From the NCBI GenBank assembly GCA_965197905.1, contig CBDAOB010000005.1:2272001-2336000 (forward strand): a DNA stretch of 64,000 nt. Direction: 5' to 3'. This DNA is from Candidatus Latescibacterota bacterium. GTDB taxonomy: Bacteria > Latescibacterota > UBA2968 > UBA8231. Below are positions 63,755 through 64,000 of this stretch, piece after piece. A program made the translations under genes and the position numbers. Position 1 is the first letter of the stretch; each line of letters begins with the position of its first letter. The notes under the pieces are model-generated. The model did no database searches, was not told where the DNA came from, and saw only the letters and a program-made list of their open reading frames with translations.

Positions 63755-64000
63755 TCAGCCTGGCAGGCCTCTGTCCAGGTGACTCCGTAAATCTAAGCTG
63801 CTGGAAATAATGTGGGTTTTCATGGCTTGCCTGCACGCTCCTTCTTCGCCGTGCTCTAGGGCGCTCAAGATCTCGCCATGTTCGGCCAGGGATTTTCGCG
63901 CCCTTCCGATCTTTTCGGGAGGTGTGGGTTCCGCCAGGCTTCCCTTGATCCACTCCTGCAGATAGGTGCGAATCATGGTGAGCAGGTTGTTGAGTATTGG
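63755..64000 (-). CDS. GntR/FadR-family regulator FCD domain (5' part outside the window)
   Basis: SLAEHGEILSALE...AMKTHI. Confidence 0.7.
   Translation of the reverse strand, partial: PILNNLLTMIRTYLQEWIKGSLAEPTPPEKIGRARKSLAEHGEILSALEHGEEGACRQAMKTHIISSSLDLRSHLDRGLPG

Overview
A 64-kb, GC-rich (roughly 60% by eye) bacterial chromosomal segment. The gene repertoire (DUF6785-type membrane protein, cohesin/dockerin-like tail, secreted FGE-fold protein ending in 'SWGRVK', group-2-like sigma70, LptE) suggests a Gram-negative FCB-superphylum organism such as Latescibacterota; this is inference. 1-3.3 kb: two-component genes and an oxidoreductase with single-base frameshifts that look like sequencing errors. 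4.06-12.9 kb: a lower-GC, decayed island anchored at tRNA-Thr(TGT). It holds tyrosine-integrase and resolvase remnants, a TPR membrane protein and a tandem array of at least four receptor-L-domain-like LRR lipoprotein paralogs, all broken by a truncated IS3, a 255-bp perfect duplication or deletions. Next come a secreted temptin-like CxxCH protein with cadherin/Ig/cohesin/dockerin-like modules, a deleted globin, a rhomboid protease, a dipeptidase and NHEJ genes (ku, Pol-PE-Lig ligD). A strongly eukaryote-like alkyl-DHAP synthase sits next to a DHRS7B/PexRAP-like SDR (candidate ether-lipid module). The rest comprises pgi-gnd, a sulfatase, GT2, dsbD, aroA, a soxBDAG/mgdABCD-like operon with gmaS (N-methylglutamate pathway), rarA, gdhA, transporters, lptE, M23 and S41 peptidases, a MITE-like element and lipA. 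No CRISPR array or rRNA was seen. All family assignments are by motif recognition, not database search.
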